A stretch of DNA of 64,000 nt, taken from contig NC_088800.1 of the NCBI RefSeq assembly GCF_011386835.1, forward strand, positions 78,120,001-78,184,000, in the 5' to 3' direction. Below, in pieces: positions 24,430-37,733 of this stretch. Both the position numbers and the translations under genes were made by a program. The stretch is from Chrysemys picta bellii. Lineage: Eukaryota. Each line of letters starts with the position of its first letter. Position 1 is the stretch's first letter. Below the pieces are notes generated by a model. The model was given only the letters and a program-made list of their open reading frames with translations, had not been told where the DNA came from and made no database searches.

Positions 24430-25530
24430 TAAAAAAGCCGGCATTCATTTTCCTCAATGGACAATGCCTGCAGCATGATCCATACCTGATTTATCTCGGT
24501 GTGACATTGGATAGGTTATTAATCTACTGCAACCACTTGAGGAAGACGGCAGCCAAAGTCAGCACTCGGAACAACCTGCTCAGAAAATTGGCTGGTTCAA
24601 CCTGGGTTGCGAGTGCATGGACACTCAGAACATCAGGCCTTGCCCTCTGCTATTCAACAGTAGAGTACTGTGCTCCTGTCTGGTATTGCTTATCTCGTAT
24701 GAGGCTGGTCAATGTAGAGCTTAACAAAGCTATGGGTATTGTTACCAGGATTTTACAGGCAACTCCAATGCCACGGCTACCAATACTTAGGGCTAGTCTA
24801 CACTAGAAATGCTGAAGTGCTGCCCTGGCAGTGCTTTAACGTGCCTTGTGTGGTCGCGGTATAGCGTTGGGAAAGAACACCTCAATGAGGGGCGCAGCTC
24901 CCAGCGCTGGGGCACTGTTTACACTGGCGCTTTACAGCGTTGCAACTTGCTGCGCTCAGGGGGGTGTTTTTTCACACCCCTGAGCCAGAAAGTTGCAGCG
25001 CTGTTAATTGCCAGTGTAGACAAGCCCTTAGTAACATAACACCACCCCATATTCGCCGTGAGAAGGCCTCTGTCATGCTGCTGGCCAAGATCCATGAGAA
25101 TAGTGACCTGCCTTTGTATGCAGACCTCTTCAACACCCGCCAGCTCTCCTGTTTTCTAGATGCCCTTTATGGTCATTTATGCCACCACAGGACCTGATGG
25201 TGGAATCTGCTTGGTGCAATCAGTGGTCAGCAGCAACAGTTGTTAATCACTCTCTCATCACTGACCCAAATATCTGTCCACCAGGTTCTGATCTGCCAAG
25301 GCACCTGTGGTCATCTCCGAACTGGTTTCAAACAGGACAGGGCAACTGTGTGGCCAATCTCTTTAAGTGGGGTTTTCTAATGACCTGTGATGCAGTTGCG
25401 GTCAATTTCAGACTATATCTCATATGCTTGATTAGTGTCCACTGAGTTACTTTGACAGCAGGCTCTCCACCTGGCTGACGATGACACCATTAAATGGCTG
25501 GGCACATTGCACATACGCTGATATATGAGA
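24430..25530 (+). mobile_element. Vingi/Ingi-type non-LTR retrotransposon 3' fragment
   Basis: YLGVTLDR..HL.KTAAKVSTRNNLLRKLAGSTW.AS..TLRTS.LALCYST.EYCAPVW; removing the nested MITE restores ..PILSNIT.PHIRR; clade name assigned from recalled motif similarity. Confidence 0.8.
24790..25027. mobile_element. Harbinger MITE nested in Vingi
   Basis: TIRs GGGCTAGTCTACAC / GTGTAGACAAGCCC; perfect TTA TSD. Confidence 0.92.
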
Positions 25531-25723
25531 AAGGATACTGCAATTCTCTGTTACATTAATCTAGTAAAACCCCAACTAAAATTATTCTGGAGTCTGTGCA
25601 CTGGGTGGATGTATTGAAAAAGAGATGAATCCAAGAAAGCAGATGATTTCATAGATATCAGTTTTTACTTAGGATGGACTTACTTACTTCTCAGGGCTTC
25701 GTGTTAATATGTTAGGAATGCAG

Positions 25724-27090
25724 TGTGATGCTTTGGGAGTTCACCCAGATCAGTAAGGGGCTCTGTCACTACCTGCCCTGTAACCCTCACACAACCTCAC
25801 TTTGACTTCCACCAGCCTGGTTACTCCTTGCAGGGAGACATCAACAGTCCTTCCAATCCTGAAACTCCCCAAAACCATCTCCCCTGCAGTGTCCAGACTA
25901 TCTTGCTGTACCCTCACAGAAGTAATTAAGTTTGCTATCTCCAAAGAGACAGAATACATACTAGACCAGTGGTTCTCAAAGCCGATCCACCGCTTGTTCA
26001 GGGAAAGCCCCTGGCGGGCCGGGCCGGTTTGTTTACCGGCCGCGTCCACAGATTCGGCTGATCGCAGCTCCCACTGGCCGTGGTTCACCGCTCCAGGCCA
26101 ATGGGGGCTGCAGGAAGCAGCGTGGGCCAAGGGATGTGCTGGCTGCTGCTTCCCGCAGCCCCCATTAGCCTGGAGCGGCGAACTGTGGCCAGTGGGAGCT
26201 GCGATCAGCCGAACCTGTGGACGCGGCAGGTAAACAAACCAGCCTGGCCTGCCAGGGGCTTTCCCTGAACAAGCGGCGGACCGACTTCGAGAACCACTGT
26301 ACTAGACTGTTAGTTTATCTGAAGGCCCACACTTCAGTTTAATACACAGCACTGAGATGTTTTTTTAATATAGTTACAAGTAAAACAAAACAAAACACGC
26401 TTTCTAGTGACTAAAACATCAGCAAGTTACAATCATTTTCAAAGCAGGTTTATCACCTATAGTCAGTTCCCAGAGACTTCAACCCTCTTGCCTGAAGGAT
26501 TCCCCTTTCTCAATTTACAAGAGCTCTGGTCTCTTGTGTCCCTCAGGTGATGGATGCCAAAATGGCTTTTTGCCTTTGCTTGTATTTCTCCAAAACCTAT
26601 TGCCTTTGTTTCAAGAACTAGGAAGGCTTCCTGGGAGTGCAAGCTACATCTGCCATCATAATAATTAAAACTGCAGTCTTCCCCCTCCTGCTTGTCTAGT
26701 TTGATGGCTTTATTTACCTTTTATGTAGATGTACTTTTCATTGTCCTCTGAGGTGTTACCTGGCTCACTTTACATGGGAGACACAGGAAAATAGGCAAAA
26801 CAACTTTCGTTTGGCTAGGACAGGGTGGGTTTATGCACTGCTTGCAAAACACCTTTTAAGAATGTATTTCCAGGGCACATCTATAATTCATTATACGCTG
26901 CCTGTACATACATCACGCAATAATATTCATCATCAGTGAGTTACTGGATTGCATATGATACCTTACATGATACTTTTTAGATACAGATTATGACAACACT
27001 ATGTTTGGACAATGAGTGTGCTGGGCCTGATGTGATTTATGGCATGGTTTGCACTCTGCCAGTTGGCGTTGAGGGACTTCCTGAGTCACA
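25724..27090. mobile_element. Solo LTR containing a nested hAT MITE
   Basis: TGTGA...TCACA termini; perfect 5-bp TSD TGCAG. Confidence 0.88.
25967..26299. mobile_element. hAT palindromic MITE nested in LTR
   Basis: CAGTGGTTCTC / GAGAACCACTG; perfect 8-bp TSD TACTAGAC; fold-back body. Confidence 0.93.
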
Positions 27091-29066
27091 TGCAGGTATC
27101 TCCATTGAAAGTATAATTGCACTTGACAATTACATTAGCCATTGATACATCCACACAATAAAAGATATCTAAAAGCATCAAATGGACTAAAACCCTCACA
27201 AATTAGAAAATGTTTAAATTGGGCACTGAATTTGGTTCTTCAGGCTATTATGAGTCAACCATTTGAACTTTTAAAGTTAATTTGAATATATTTTCCATTT
27301 AAATTGCTTTTACTCATTGCAGTAACATCAGGCAGGCTAATTTACAGATCAGAGGGGTTGGTTCTTTAGAAGGTCAGTACTATCTTTTTCAACAGTATAA
27401 AATAATTCTAGGAATCGCACCTTAATTTATTCTTAAAATATTCGAAAGATCACAACAGCTAGTATTGACTTCCTTCTGTCATACTTATGTGAGGAGAAAT
27501 TATGGCATAGACTAGTTACTAGGGTGGTGAAGGTGCACATCAAAAGGACAACTGAATTTAGAAAGATGTGTGCTCTTTTAGCAACATTTCATCCTAATGT
27601 CAAAGGTAATAATGTGTCAAGATCATTTATTTCCAGCTGGAACAGGGATGTATTTTCAAAGCATAAACCTCTAAGGGACTGTCTTCACCCCATGGTATAA
27701 GAATTCAGTCAACTAGAACCATAGCATTATCTTGGGCAGATAACCTTATGTACTTTTAATGTAAATATGCAGAAATACTATTTGATCTAATATTCATACT
27801 TGTGATAAGTTTAGTAAACTGGATTGGTTCTACAAGCCGCAGTTAATGCAGTATTTGTAAGAGTTATTTTACACACTGCAGTAACTCAGTTAAAAGCAAT
27901 TATGATGGAGATATTTTATCATGCTTCCTTTTATTCCCTTACTTTCTGCAGTTAGAGGCTCATTATGACTCTCTCCCCATTTAGTTCCAATGTCTGTATC
28001 ACAGAAATGTAGAGAAGTAGTGGCACATGGTAAATATGAATTGGAATCCTGCTTGCTGGCAGGATAGAAAAATGTTGCTATCATATCAGCAATACATTTT
28101 CTCCCAGTTTAGAACTAAGAAATAGTGTGCTGCAAAGATAATGACAACTTGAAAAATAGTTTTAGTATAAACTGATTAAATTTTTGTAGCTATTTGGCTC
28201 CTGTATTTCAAATTCAAGCATAATTTAAGTACAATAGTTGACAGATGTCAGGCATGCTAACAAAATTTTGATACTCTGTATATTTTCTATTTTGTAATTC
28301 ACTCTACAGAAAATGAGATCTGTTTTTGTCACAAAAGGCTTATTAATGAAGGGGATGATGACTAGTTACACAAAAGCTGGTATTAGCTACATATGAAGTT
28401 TAACTAATTTATTTTATAGCTGGCATGTAGAAGAGTTGTACTAGCCCAGTACTTACATGCCCTTAATGCCATCATACAACATTGACAAGAGGAAGACTAA
28501 TTTTATTGTGTTGCTCTGGGTAACCTCGAAGATACCAACTTTGTATTTTTCAGTGAATAATTGTGCCCTCATTTTAAAGCTCCATTTCATAAAGCTCTTG
28601 TACCACTCAGCTAGCGTTAGACACAATTATATAAATCCACATAATGAAATGCAAACAAATGACTTCAAATTGCATTAGTACCACAAGTATTAACTATCCA
28701 TAACGCTTATAGACCTGCATGTACAGCATTTGTAAACTGAAAAGGATTAGCATCAAAATACATAGAGCTGTTGTTCATTAAAACAGCATTAGTTTATAAT
28801 CTAAGATAAAAAATACCAGGTTGGAAGATATAATTCTATACATAATAATTAGTTCACATTGGAGTCCTGTCAACTGAAAAGTTTACTTCCTGAAAAGCTT
28901 CACTGATCATACTATTATGATACCTGTTTCAGATCTCTGAAATCACAAACTTGACTTCTTCATTCAATCTGCCCTCTTGCAAGTCAAAGACTACATCAGC
29001 CCTAGGGGGATTCCTTTACTTTTGAGAAAATAAATTTGTAAATATTCTGATATGTGATAAGTTCTT

Positions 29067-29827
29067 TGTGATAAAGTTCCTCCTCTATCTTGGTGGGTCC
29101 TGCGCTTAGTGGCGGATTTTGCTTGCCTCAGAGATTCACAGTAGCCCTCAGTTTGGCCACTTTCGTGGCTCAAATCTGCTGTTCACTCAGATAACCTCAT
29201 CACTGGGCAGTATGGGGAAAAAAGAGTAAGAATAATCCCCGCAGTTTCTGCTGATCCACCATGTGGGTCGGGGAACAGGCCAGAGACCTTCCCCTCTGGT
29301 GGAACCTCCTGTGTTGGATCAGGAATTGGGAGGTTTGGGGGGAACCTGGGCCTGTTCTCTACCCCGGGTTCCAGCCCAGGGCCCTGTGGACTGCAGCTGT
29401 CTAGAGCGCCTTCTGGAACAGCTGCGCGACAGCTACAATTCCCTGGGCTACTTCCCCATGGCCTCCTACCAACCACCTTCCTTGTCCTCACCACGGGACC
29501 TTCCTCCTGATGTCTGTTAACGCTTGTACTCCTCAGTCCTCCAGCAGCACGTCCTCTCACTCCCAGCTCCTTACGCACACCTCACTAATTGGAGTGAGAG
29601 CCTTTTTAAGCCAGGTGTCCTGATCAGCCTTAATTAATTCTAGCAGCTTCCCAATTGGCTACAGGTGTCCTAATTAGCCTGCCTGTCTTAATTAGTTCTA
29701 GAAAGTTCCTGAGTGTTCTGGAATAGTCCCTGTTATCTTACCCAGGGAAAAGGGACCTGCTTAACCTGGAACTAATGTATCTACCTTCGACCACTCTCTT
29801 GTAGCCATCTAGCCTGACCCTGTCACA
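29067..29827 (-). mobile_element. Solo LTR (Gypsy-like)
   Basis: TGTGA...TCACA termini; 4-bp TSD TCTT; shares the CCAGCCCAGGG-centred block with the LTR at 5476. Confidence 0.88.
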
Positions 29828-30449
29828 TCTTACAATACTGATAGCTATAGTCATAGTTTTAATTATTTGGGTTTTTTTTTGGAAAATATGCTAGACTGAA
29901 AAAACTGTACAAAAATCCCTTTTCAGAGTTTTGTATTTTAGTAATATTTGGTCAGAAATTGGATTGGAAGGTAAATTATTCCCAAACTTGCACAGAAACT
30001 AAAAACTGATTAGGAACTGCTGTTATATTCCCATAATTCTTAATAATGAGTCTAAAACTTCTCAGCCAGACTGGTTAAAAATACACAATTGTGGGAAACC
30101 TGTTGCCAAACAGGATGGGCTATTAGGCTTTACTGTGTAGAGAGCCGTCACAAGACCTGTGTCCCATTTAAATTACATATTTTAAGGTCTTAAGTTGTGC
30201 ATAGGACATGTTGTGTCTTTGCCCAGGAGAAAATTTCAGCCATAGGCCCCAGTTCATAAAGGTACTGAAACACATGCCTAACTTTAAATATATGAGTAGT
30301 CTATCCTTAAAGTTAGGTATATGATAACTTGATGAATAAGGCCCTTGGTGAGAAACACACTTCAGGAAGACTAACATAATAAAATGCATACATTTTAAAT
30401 TTGCTTCAGGAGATGAATGCTAGATCTGTTAACTTGTAGGAGATTTGAT

Positions 30450-31950
30450 TTCATCATCATCATGCCAAATTCCAAAGGGATGTGGGCTGTTTGCACATTG
30501 AGTGTCACCTGGATCAATCTTTGGTTAGGTCCTTAAGGTGGTTTGGCTGGATATCCATTGTATGCCCATCACTAGCAATCTTTATCGCACCACTGAAGCA
30601 TTTGGCACCCATGTGATCAATAGGCATTCCTTGGTAAATATGCTTTTGAATTCTTTTATCTTCCACTCTGATAATATGTCCATACCAAGAAAGCTGCCAA
30701 AACTGAACCCATGTGGATGGAGGTGGTTGCTGAATTCAGCTTCAAATATCCTCATTTCTGATCCTGTCCTGCCTCTTAATATGGAGTAGCTGATGAAGAC
30801 CGCGAGAACGAAAACATCAGTCAAGTATTCTTCGGCATTCCTCAGTGCCACATTTCACTTCCATACAATAAAGTTGATATAGTCATGGCTCTACAGATTC
30901 ATAGCTTTGTGGCAAGTTTGATGTCATGATGTCCCCACAGAGTTTGGTGAAGGACCTTAAAAATAGCAGCAGCTGCTGCTATGTGAATATTCACATATTT
31001 TGAGCATTTTCCAGCACTGTCTATGATGTTGCCCGAGCATTTGAAAGTTGCTGCCTCTTCAGTGTTCTGTCTGGACAGGTTAATGCTGAGCTGATTTTAG
31101 TTTTGACCTGGAGGATGCTTGATGAAAATGTCCAGGGATTTAGTTTTATCCAGATTAATAAGCAGGCAGTGCATGCTGCTATTTGTCTGACCAGACCAGC
31201 CATCAGCTGCAGTGATTCACCAAACTGAGCCAGCAAGCCAACATCATCAGCGTATTCCAGATTTCGAAGCAGAATAGTGTTCAGCTCAATGCCACTGACA
31301 GCTGCCTCCTCAAGCTTATCCATCATACAATCAATGCCAGTACTGAACAATGATAGTGACAGAGTGCAGCCTGGCTGATCTCCCATGGAGACAGAAAACC
31401 TTGCCATGTTTCTGCCATTGATGCAAACACAGCTTTCTGTTCTGGTATAGAGCTCTTCTATCAATAACATTCTCTTCCTAGCGATTCTGAGTTGCCTCAT
31501 CAGATCCCACAAACTTGCTTGCTGAACTGATCAAAGCCCTGATGGAAGTCTTTAAAAAGTGCTATGCATGGTTTATTGAATTCAGCTATCTTCTCAAAAA
31601 GTTGATGCAAGGTAGAGATCTGGTCAGCAGTGGAACTACCAGATCTAAAGCTGTACTGAGTATCCAGCCAGTGCCATGAAATCTGCCTGTTGATTCAAGA
31701 CATTAACAGGGAACTGAAGACTTTCCCTGGGGCCGACAACAGTGTAATACCTCTCTAGTTGCTACATTCAGCCTTAACACCAATTTGACTTAGCTGAATG
31801 ATGAATGTGGCCAACTGTCATAGAAGTTGCCTAAAGAAGAAGAAAGACTAAAAGGAACAGCATGCTGTATCCATAATTTCATTGACTATGCAAAACTGTA
31901 CAGATAAAAGTCAGTCGTAGAAATAAACTCACTTCAGCCTCAATGAATAA
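30450..31950 (-). mobile_element. RTE-clade LINE, decayed RT and 3' end
   Basis: ECSN*RGITLLSAPGKVF..QYSFRSG.STADQI..L.EK..EFNKP; G..PGC.LS..LF; LEYADD; (TGA)n tail at 30451-30463. Confidence 0.88.
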
Positions 31951-32002
31951 CTGAGAATATGAGAATGAGAATAACTAGTTAAATATCAGGCTGAATTTCT
32001 GA

Positions 32003-32531
32003 GGGCTTGTCTACACGATGGTGGGATAATGTGCATTACAGGGGTGTGATTTCTATAGCACACTAATGTGTCCATGTAGATCTTGCTGGTGTGCACTATG
32101 GGTATGTTTATACAGTGAAGAAAAAGCCACGGCTTGCCCATGCCACCCAACTCAGGCTCGCAGGGCTCGGATTGTGGACTGTTCCATTGCTGTGTAGATT
32201 TCCGAGCTTGGGCTGGAGACTGAGCTCTGGGACTCTCCAACTTCACGGGTTCCTAGAGCCCGGGATCCAGCCTGAGCCTGGAAGTCTACACAGAAATGAA
32301 ACAGCTCGAGCCCAAGTCAACTGGCATGGGCCAGCTGCGAGTGTCTAGTTGCTGTGTAGACATACCCTAAATGTTCCTAGTGCACTTTAACATAGTGCTG
32401 CTTGAAACAGTACCTGTTAAAGTGCATTGGGGAACTTTTAGCATGCACCAACAGGGCAATGCACAAAACATTAGTGCTCTTTAGAAATCCCATCCCATCC
32501 GTGTGCATTACCCCACCATGTAGACAAGCCC
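32003..32531. mobile_element. Harbinger MITE (outer) with nested MITE
   Basis: GGGCTTGTCTACAC / TGTAGACAAGCCC; TGA/TTA flanks. Confidence 0.82.
32100..32367. mobile_element. Harbinger MITE nested in Harbinger MITE
   Basis: GGGTATGTTTATACAG / CTGTGTAGACATACCC termini; TAT/TAA flanks. Confidence 0.8.
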
Positions 32532-32652
32532 TTAAGAACCACATTTGGAGAAAAAATGTCATTATCATTTGTTTATTTGAAAGGGGTTTGGGGGCAGAAC
32601 CTTCATCTTATTTAAACAATGGATTAAGCTATTATTTGATCTTGGACACTCT

Positions 32653-32923
32653 GGGCTGGTCTACACTGGGGGGGGGGGGATCGATCTAAGATATGCGTAG
32701 GTCGAAGTATCTTGGATCAAATTACCTGGGGTCCACACGGCGCGGGATCTACGGCTGTGGCTCCCCCATCGACTGCGCTACCGCCGCTCGCTCTGGTGGA
32801 GTTCCGGAGTTGACGGTGAACGCATTCTGGGATCGATATATCGCGTCTTAACGAGACGCGATATATCGATCCCGGATCAATCGATTGCTACCCACCGATA
32901 CGGCGGGTAGTGAAGACGTACCC
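32653..32923. mobile_element. Harbinger MITE
   Basis: GGGCTGGTCTACAC / GTGAAGACGTACCC; internal perfect 20-bp-arm palindrome at 32829-32873. Confidence 0.8.
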
Positions 32924-32941
32924 TCAGTCTGATCCTATATA

Positions 32942-33291
32942 TAGGGTCCTACCAAATTCACCTTCCATTTTGGTCAATTTCACGGTAATAGGATTTTAAA
33001 AATAATACATTTCATGATTTCAGCTATTTAAATCTGAATTTTCACAATGTTGTAATTGTAGTGGTCCTGACCCAAAAAGGAGTTGTGGGGGGGTTGCGGT
33101 ACTGCTACACTTCCTTCTGCACAGCTGCTAAATAACCTTGTGATCCCACTGCAACTCCCTTTTGGGTCAGAACCCCCAATTTGAGAAACACTGGTCTCCC
33201 CCTTGAAATCTGTATAGTAAAGGGTAAAAGGACACACAAGACCAGACTTCATGGTCTGTGATGCATTTTTCATAAATTTGGTAGGGTCCTA
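32942..33291. mobile_element. hAT MITE (TAGGG-type TIR)
   Basis: TAGGGTCCTACCAAATT / AATTTGGTAGGGTCCTA; perfect 8-bp TSD CCTATATA. Confidence 0.9.
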
Positions 33292-33510
33292 CCTATATAC
33301 CACTATATTGATTAAGTCCTGTATGATTACCCACAGGACCAAGTACAATATACCAATCAGGGAATTGCAACAACTGTCTCGGTGAGAATGTCCAGCCTTT
33401 AGGACAAACACCACAGCATCACTTTTGCAAGCTGCTGTGCATGCAGAATAGCTTGGAGGATCAAGGCTTTGCATATAGTAACAGTGTGGAACTACTAGAG
33501 AGTTCACGTA

Positions 33511-34236
33511 CGGTAACTCCTCACTTAAAGTCATCCCGGTTAACGTTGTTTCGTTGTTACGTTGCTGATCAATTAGGGAACATGCTCGTTTAAAGTTGTG
33601 TAATGCTCCCTTCTAACATGGTTTGGCAGCCACCTGCTTTGTCTACTGCTTGCAGGAAGAGCAGCCCGTTGCAGCTAGCTGGTGGGGGCTTGGAACCAGG
33701 ATGGACCAGCAGCCTCCCTGTCAGCTCCCCACTCCCCTAAGTTCCCTGTGCAGCAGCTGCCCAGCAGGCTAGCAATTGTAGCTGTCCCTCCCCCCCACTG
33801 CCATGTGCTGCTCCTGCCCTCTGCCTTGGAGCTGCTCCCCGAGACTCCTGCTTGCTGGTGTGGGTGGGAGGGAAGGAAGAGGGGGCTAATGTCAGGGTGT
33901 CCCCCTCCCCCCTGCTCCTGGACCCCTCTTACCCCATCTTCCATAGAGCAGGGGGGACACACCAGGGCTCAGGACAGAGGGAGCTTGCAGCAGCTGCGGT
34001 CTCAGCAAGCTGATCTAATTAACAAGGCAGTGTACTTAAAGGGGAAATGCGCATATGTCCCTCCATTCCTGCTGCCTTGTAGAGTGAGAGAGTTAACCCT
34101 TGAGGGTTCAGCCAATTGCTAGTTCATCATTTAGCAGTAAGGGAAATAGCCCACCCTCTGACTCCTCCACCTCAAACAAGCTTCACAATCATCATCACTG
34201 TGTACCAGTATTAAATTGTTTGCTTAAAACTTATAC

Positions 34237-34301
<65 letters not shown>

Positions 34302-34461
34302 TAAAAATATATAGTCTTTTGTCTGGTGAAAAAAATTTCCCTGGAACCTAACCGCCTCATTTACATTAATTCTTATGGGGAAATTGGATTCGCTTAACAT
34401 TGTTTCACTTAAAGTCGCATTTTTCAGGAACATAACTACAACGTTAAGTGAGGAGTTACTG
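33511..34461. mobile_element. Tc1/mariner (Tigger-like) non-autonomous element
   Basis: TIR C.GTAACTCCTCACTTAA / TTAAGTGAGGAGTTACTG; TA TSD on both sides. Confidence 0.9.
34237..34300. repeat. Compound microsatellite (TG)n(TA)n(CA)n(TA)n
   Basis: Directly visible; lies inside the Tigger-like element. Confidence 0.95.
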
Positions 34462-37413
34462 TATACAGGATCAAAAATGCTGTTATTTTTGGAAATGGTA
34501 CCAAACACATAGATTAAGTAGCTGCTTTTCTATCTTCTGTAGGCTTTACTGTGTGAAAAAGGAGGCTGTGTTGCTTTTCTAGTGAAAGATGCAGGTGACT
34601 GATAAAGAAAACACTTATTTTAAATGTTCAAGGCTGTAGAAACTGGAATAGCTTCTGAGAATTTAACCTCAGAATATGAAAAGTAACTATCATATTTTAT
34701 AAAGATTACCCTTTCCTTCCTTGCATGACTGTTTATTTAGTTTGGTAAAAATTGTCTAAATAAGTTTTGTTGTTAATCTTTCTCTGTATATTTTATAGAC
34801 AATAAAAATGATTGTATATTTTCCTTAATCATTCATTTTATTTCCTCATCAATCATTCTTTTCTGGCAAATTGGTTCAGTGTAATTTAACCAAAGCACAA
34901 CCAGAAAAATATACAGTACTTATGAGAATAGCTAAAAAAGAATTACTGTTGCACTTTGTGTTGTTATATTCTCCCAGCATGAGCAGCTGGATAAAAGAAA
35001 CAAAACAATATTTAACCCTAATGTGCTCTCAATTTCAAACCTCTTCTGAAATTTCTAATTTGAATGGGCATAATTACCTTTGAACAATGCACTTTAAGAA
35101 TTATATGGGGTCAACAACATTCAGGGTTCTTTGCAACTGTAAGCTGTTTGGATATTTAGGATATATTTTTCCTCAATACAAAATATTTTAAAATAACAAG
35201 CAAACTCCACATTGTAAACCTCAACTGTAGTATCAAGTCAGCAGCACTAATAACGTATTATACTGTAGATGCCTTCTGCTTTATGGATGAGAGTCCCTAT
35301 CTGTGCACAGAATGGGTTCAGAATAAAGTTAGCTTCAAGGCACAGTTGTGGGAAATAAGCTTAGTATGACTGGCTTTCAAATTTCTTCCCAAAATTTTCA
35401 TAAATATATGTAAGGAAGACAATCCAGATTGTATTGGGCAGCTGGCTATAATTATAACTTTTATAAAAAAAAACAAAAACAGAACAATCAAGAGCATGAC
35501 TTTTGTTTGACGCTAGTCAACACTAATTGTCTAGTGCCTTTCAGGGAAACTTTATTTAATTCTCTAGAATGTGGATCTCAGGGTGGTGCTCTCCAAGTTC
35601 AAACAGACTAGATAAAGTCACCTCAGTCAATCCCATGGTTTGATGTCCCCTCGATTTTGTGATTTGCAGTGTAGATGTATATAGTTCCTACTATCTTGTT
35701 CCCATTCTTGAGCTGCTCAAAGTACCCCCTCTGCCCATCAAACTTCTTTTTGAGCTACTATAGTTTATGATATTGTCCTCCAGGCTATTGTGAGTTCATT
35801 CCAAAAATATATTTCTGTGTTCAGCTTCACCAGGAGATTACCCCTGATATCTTTTAAATTCAATCTTAGGAATCATAAGGAAGAAAAGTCTGCATTACGT
35901 AAACGTCAGAAAAGCACTTAGCTTCCTTTGTTGCACAGTCTCTCAGTCTATTCAGTCTTTTCTATTTAGTACTCAGGCAAAGTGATTTATAAGTTGAAAT
36001 GTGAGTGGAATACTTCTGAGATAGAGTGAGAATGGAAAAGCCCAAAGTCATTTATTTCTCTTGTTTTTATTGAATATAATTTCTTTTTACCTGAGTTCTT
36101 CACTGTGTTAAAACTACAAATACTTGATCATCCAATTATTGCACCTGGGTTGCGTTGTCATTGTTGAAATATGTCCTTCCAGTGAGCAAGTCATTCAGCA
36201 AGAAGAGGGCAACTGAGCAGACAAAGTACTTGGAATGGGTAATGAGATAAAGATAATAATTTGTGGAGTTTAAGTTTTATAGATGGTGTGACAATGAAAT
36301 AGATTGATTCCCAATCTTCTTGGAAATAAACTGTGATTCAGCTCCTGGAGTGTATATTGTATATATCAACTAATTTTAATTAGGATATACTGTTAATTTA
36401 ATGTTTTTCTGTATTCTGCTGTTAGCTCCTAAAATAATAGGAGATCAAATTAATCATCTGGCTTCATACAGTGAATGTAGAACCAAGTGGGTTTGTTCCT
36501 CTCAAAACCTACAGAATCCATCTTTTAAATTTGCCTGTGTTGTAGAGGAGTAGTGTAGTTATCAGGTTTTGCCTAAGAAAAGGCTTAGACAAAAGTCATT
36601 TTGGTGAGTCTTCTACCAGCACAAGACATAATGGATCCATTCGTCAGGTTTGGATGATCTGTGCCTGACACAGGACCTGAGAGGAAGAGTGGGGGAACAT
36701 TGCTGTATGCCACCTTTATGCCTCTCCAGTATTGGTGTTACCCAGGAGCTGTTTGAGTCTCCATCACAAATTAGAACAGACTATGCTTTAACTTACAGCT
36801 GGCTCTAGTTGCTTTCCAGGAGCTGGGGTTCAGTGACATTCTGGCCATGCTCCCTTGCCCCACAAGCTACACCTCTGACAATTTAGGACAGATTTGAGTC
36901 TTCTTTGCACTGCTGGAATGGCACAAAGCAGATTTAATGAGACACTATGATATGACTCTGGTTGGTATTTGGTATGAGTTTAGACTGCCTGCAGATATGG
37001 AAGTATTTTAAGGTGCTATTTTTGCGTAGTCTGATTTACTGGAACTTACTTCTGATTCCAATCCCAAAGGTGCTTTTAAGGGTAGGATCTGAAATCTAGT
37101 TGTAATCAGGTTCAGTAATCATCCCTGATGGACAACACTCTTAGGATACCAGCTGCAGAATTAATGATACTGCTTCTCCAGCCAGTGCAATCGTTATTTT
37201 AAGTTCTGCATTGATTAATCTAATTTACCAATAAATTTACTATTAATTTTGCCTTTAATTCTAGATTCTCTGTTTTCTCTAATAACTCAGATGGGGAGCA
37301 GCAAGATTGTGGTCAGTAAGCTTCCTTTCTGCAAGTGTAAGATAGAATTCAAAAGGTCTAAGGGATAAATTCCTCATTTATAAGGAATGGGGATGCTATA
37401 CCAGAGAATTAGT

Positions 37414-37733
37414 AAAAAGAACAGGAGTACTTGTGGCACCTTAGAGACTAACAAATTTATTTGAGCATAAGCTTTTGTGGGCTACTTCAGATGCATAGAA
37501 TGGAACATATATAGAGGAGATATATATACACATACAGAGTATGTGTATATATACAGAGTATATACAGAGTATGTGTATATATATCTCCTCAATATATGTT
37601 CCATTCTATGCATCCGAAGAAGTGGGCTGTAGCCCATGAAAGCTTATGCTCAAATAAATTTGTTAGTCTCTAAGGTGCCACAAGTACTCCTGTTCTTTTT
37701 GTGGATACAGACTAACACGGCTGCTACTCTGAA
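37414..37733 (+). mobile_element. Penelope hairpin insertion (inverted pLTR pair)
   Basis: Long inverted arms around a TA-rich centre; element 3' end CTACTCTGAAAC; 14-bp TSD ACCAGAGAATTAGT (37400-37413, 37734-37747). Confidence 0.92.
37614..37651 (+). ncRNA. Hammerhead-ribozyme-like motif in Penelope pLTR
   Basis: CCGAAGA-A-[GTGGGC TGTA GCCCAT]-GAAA-GC TTAT GC-TC. Confidence 0.55.

Noticed and set aside
27951-28028. Very strong acceptor plus ATG|GTAAAT donor
   Set aside because: All three frames contain stops from the strong acceptor.
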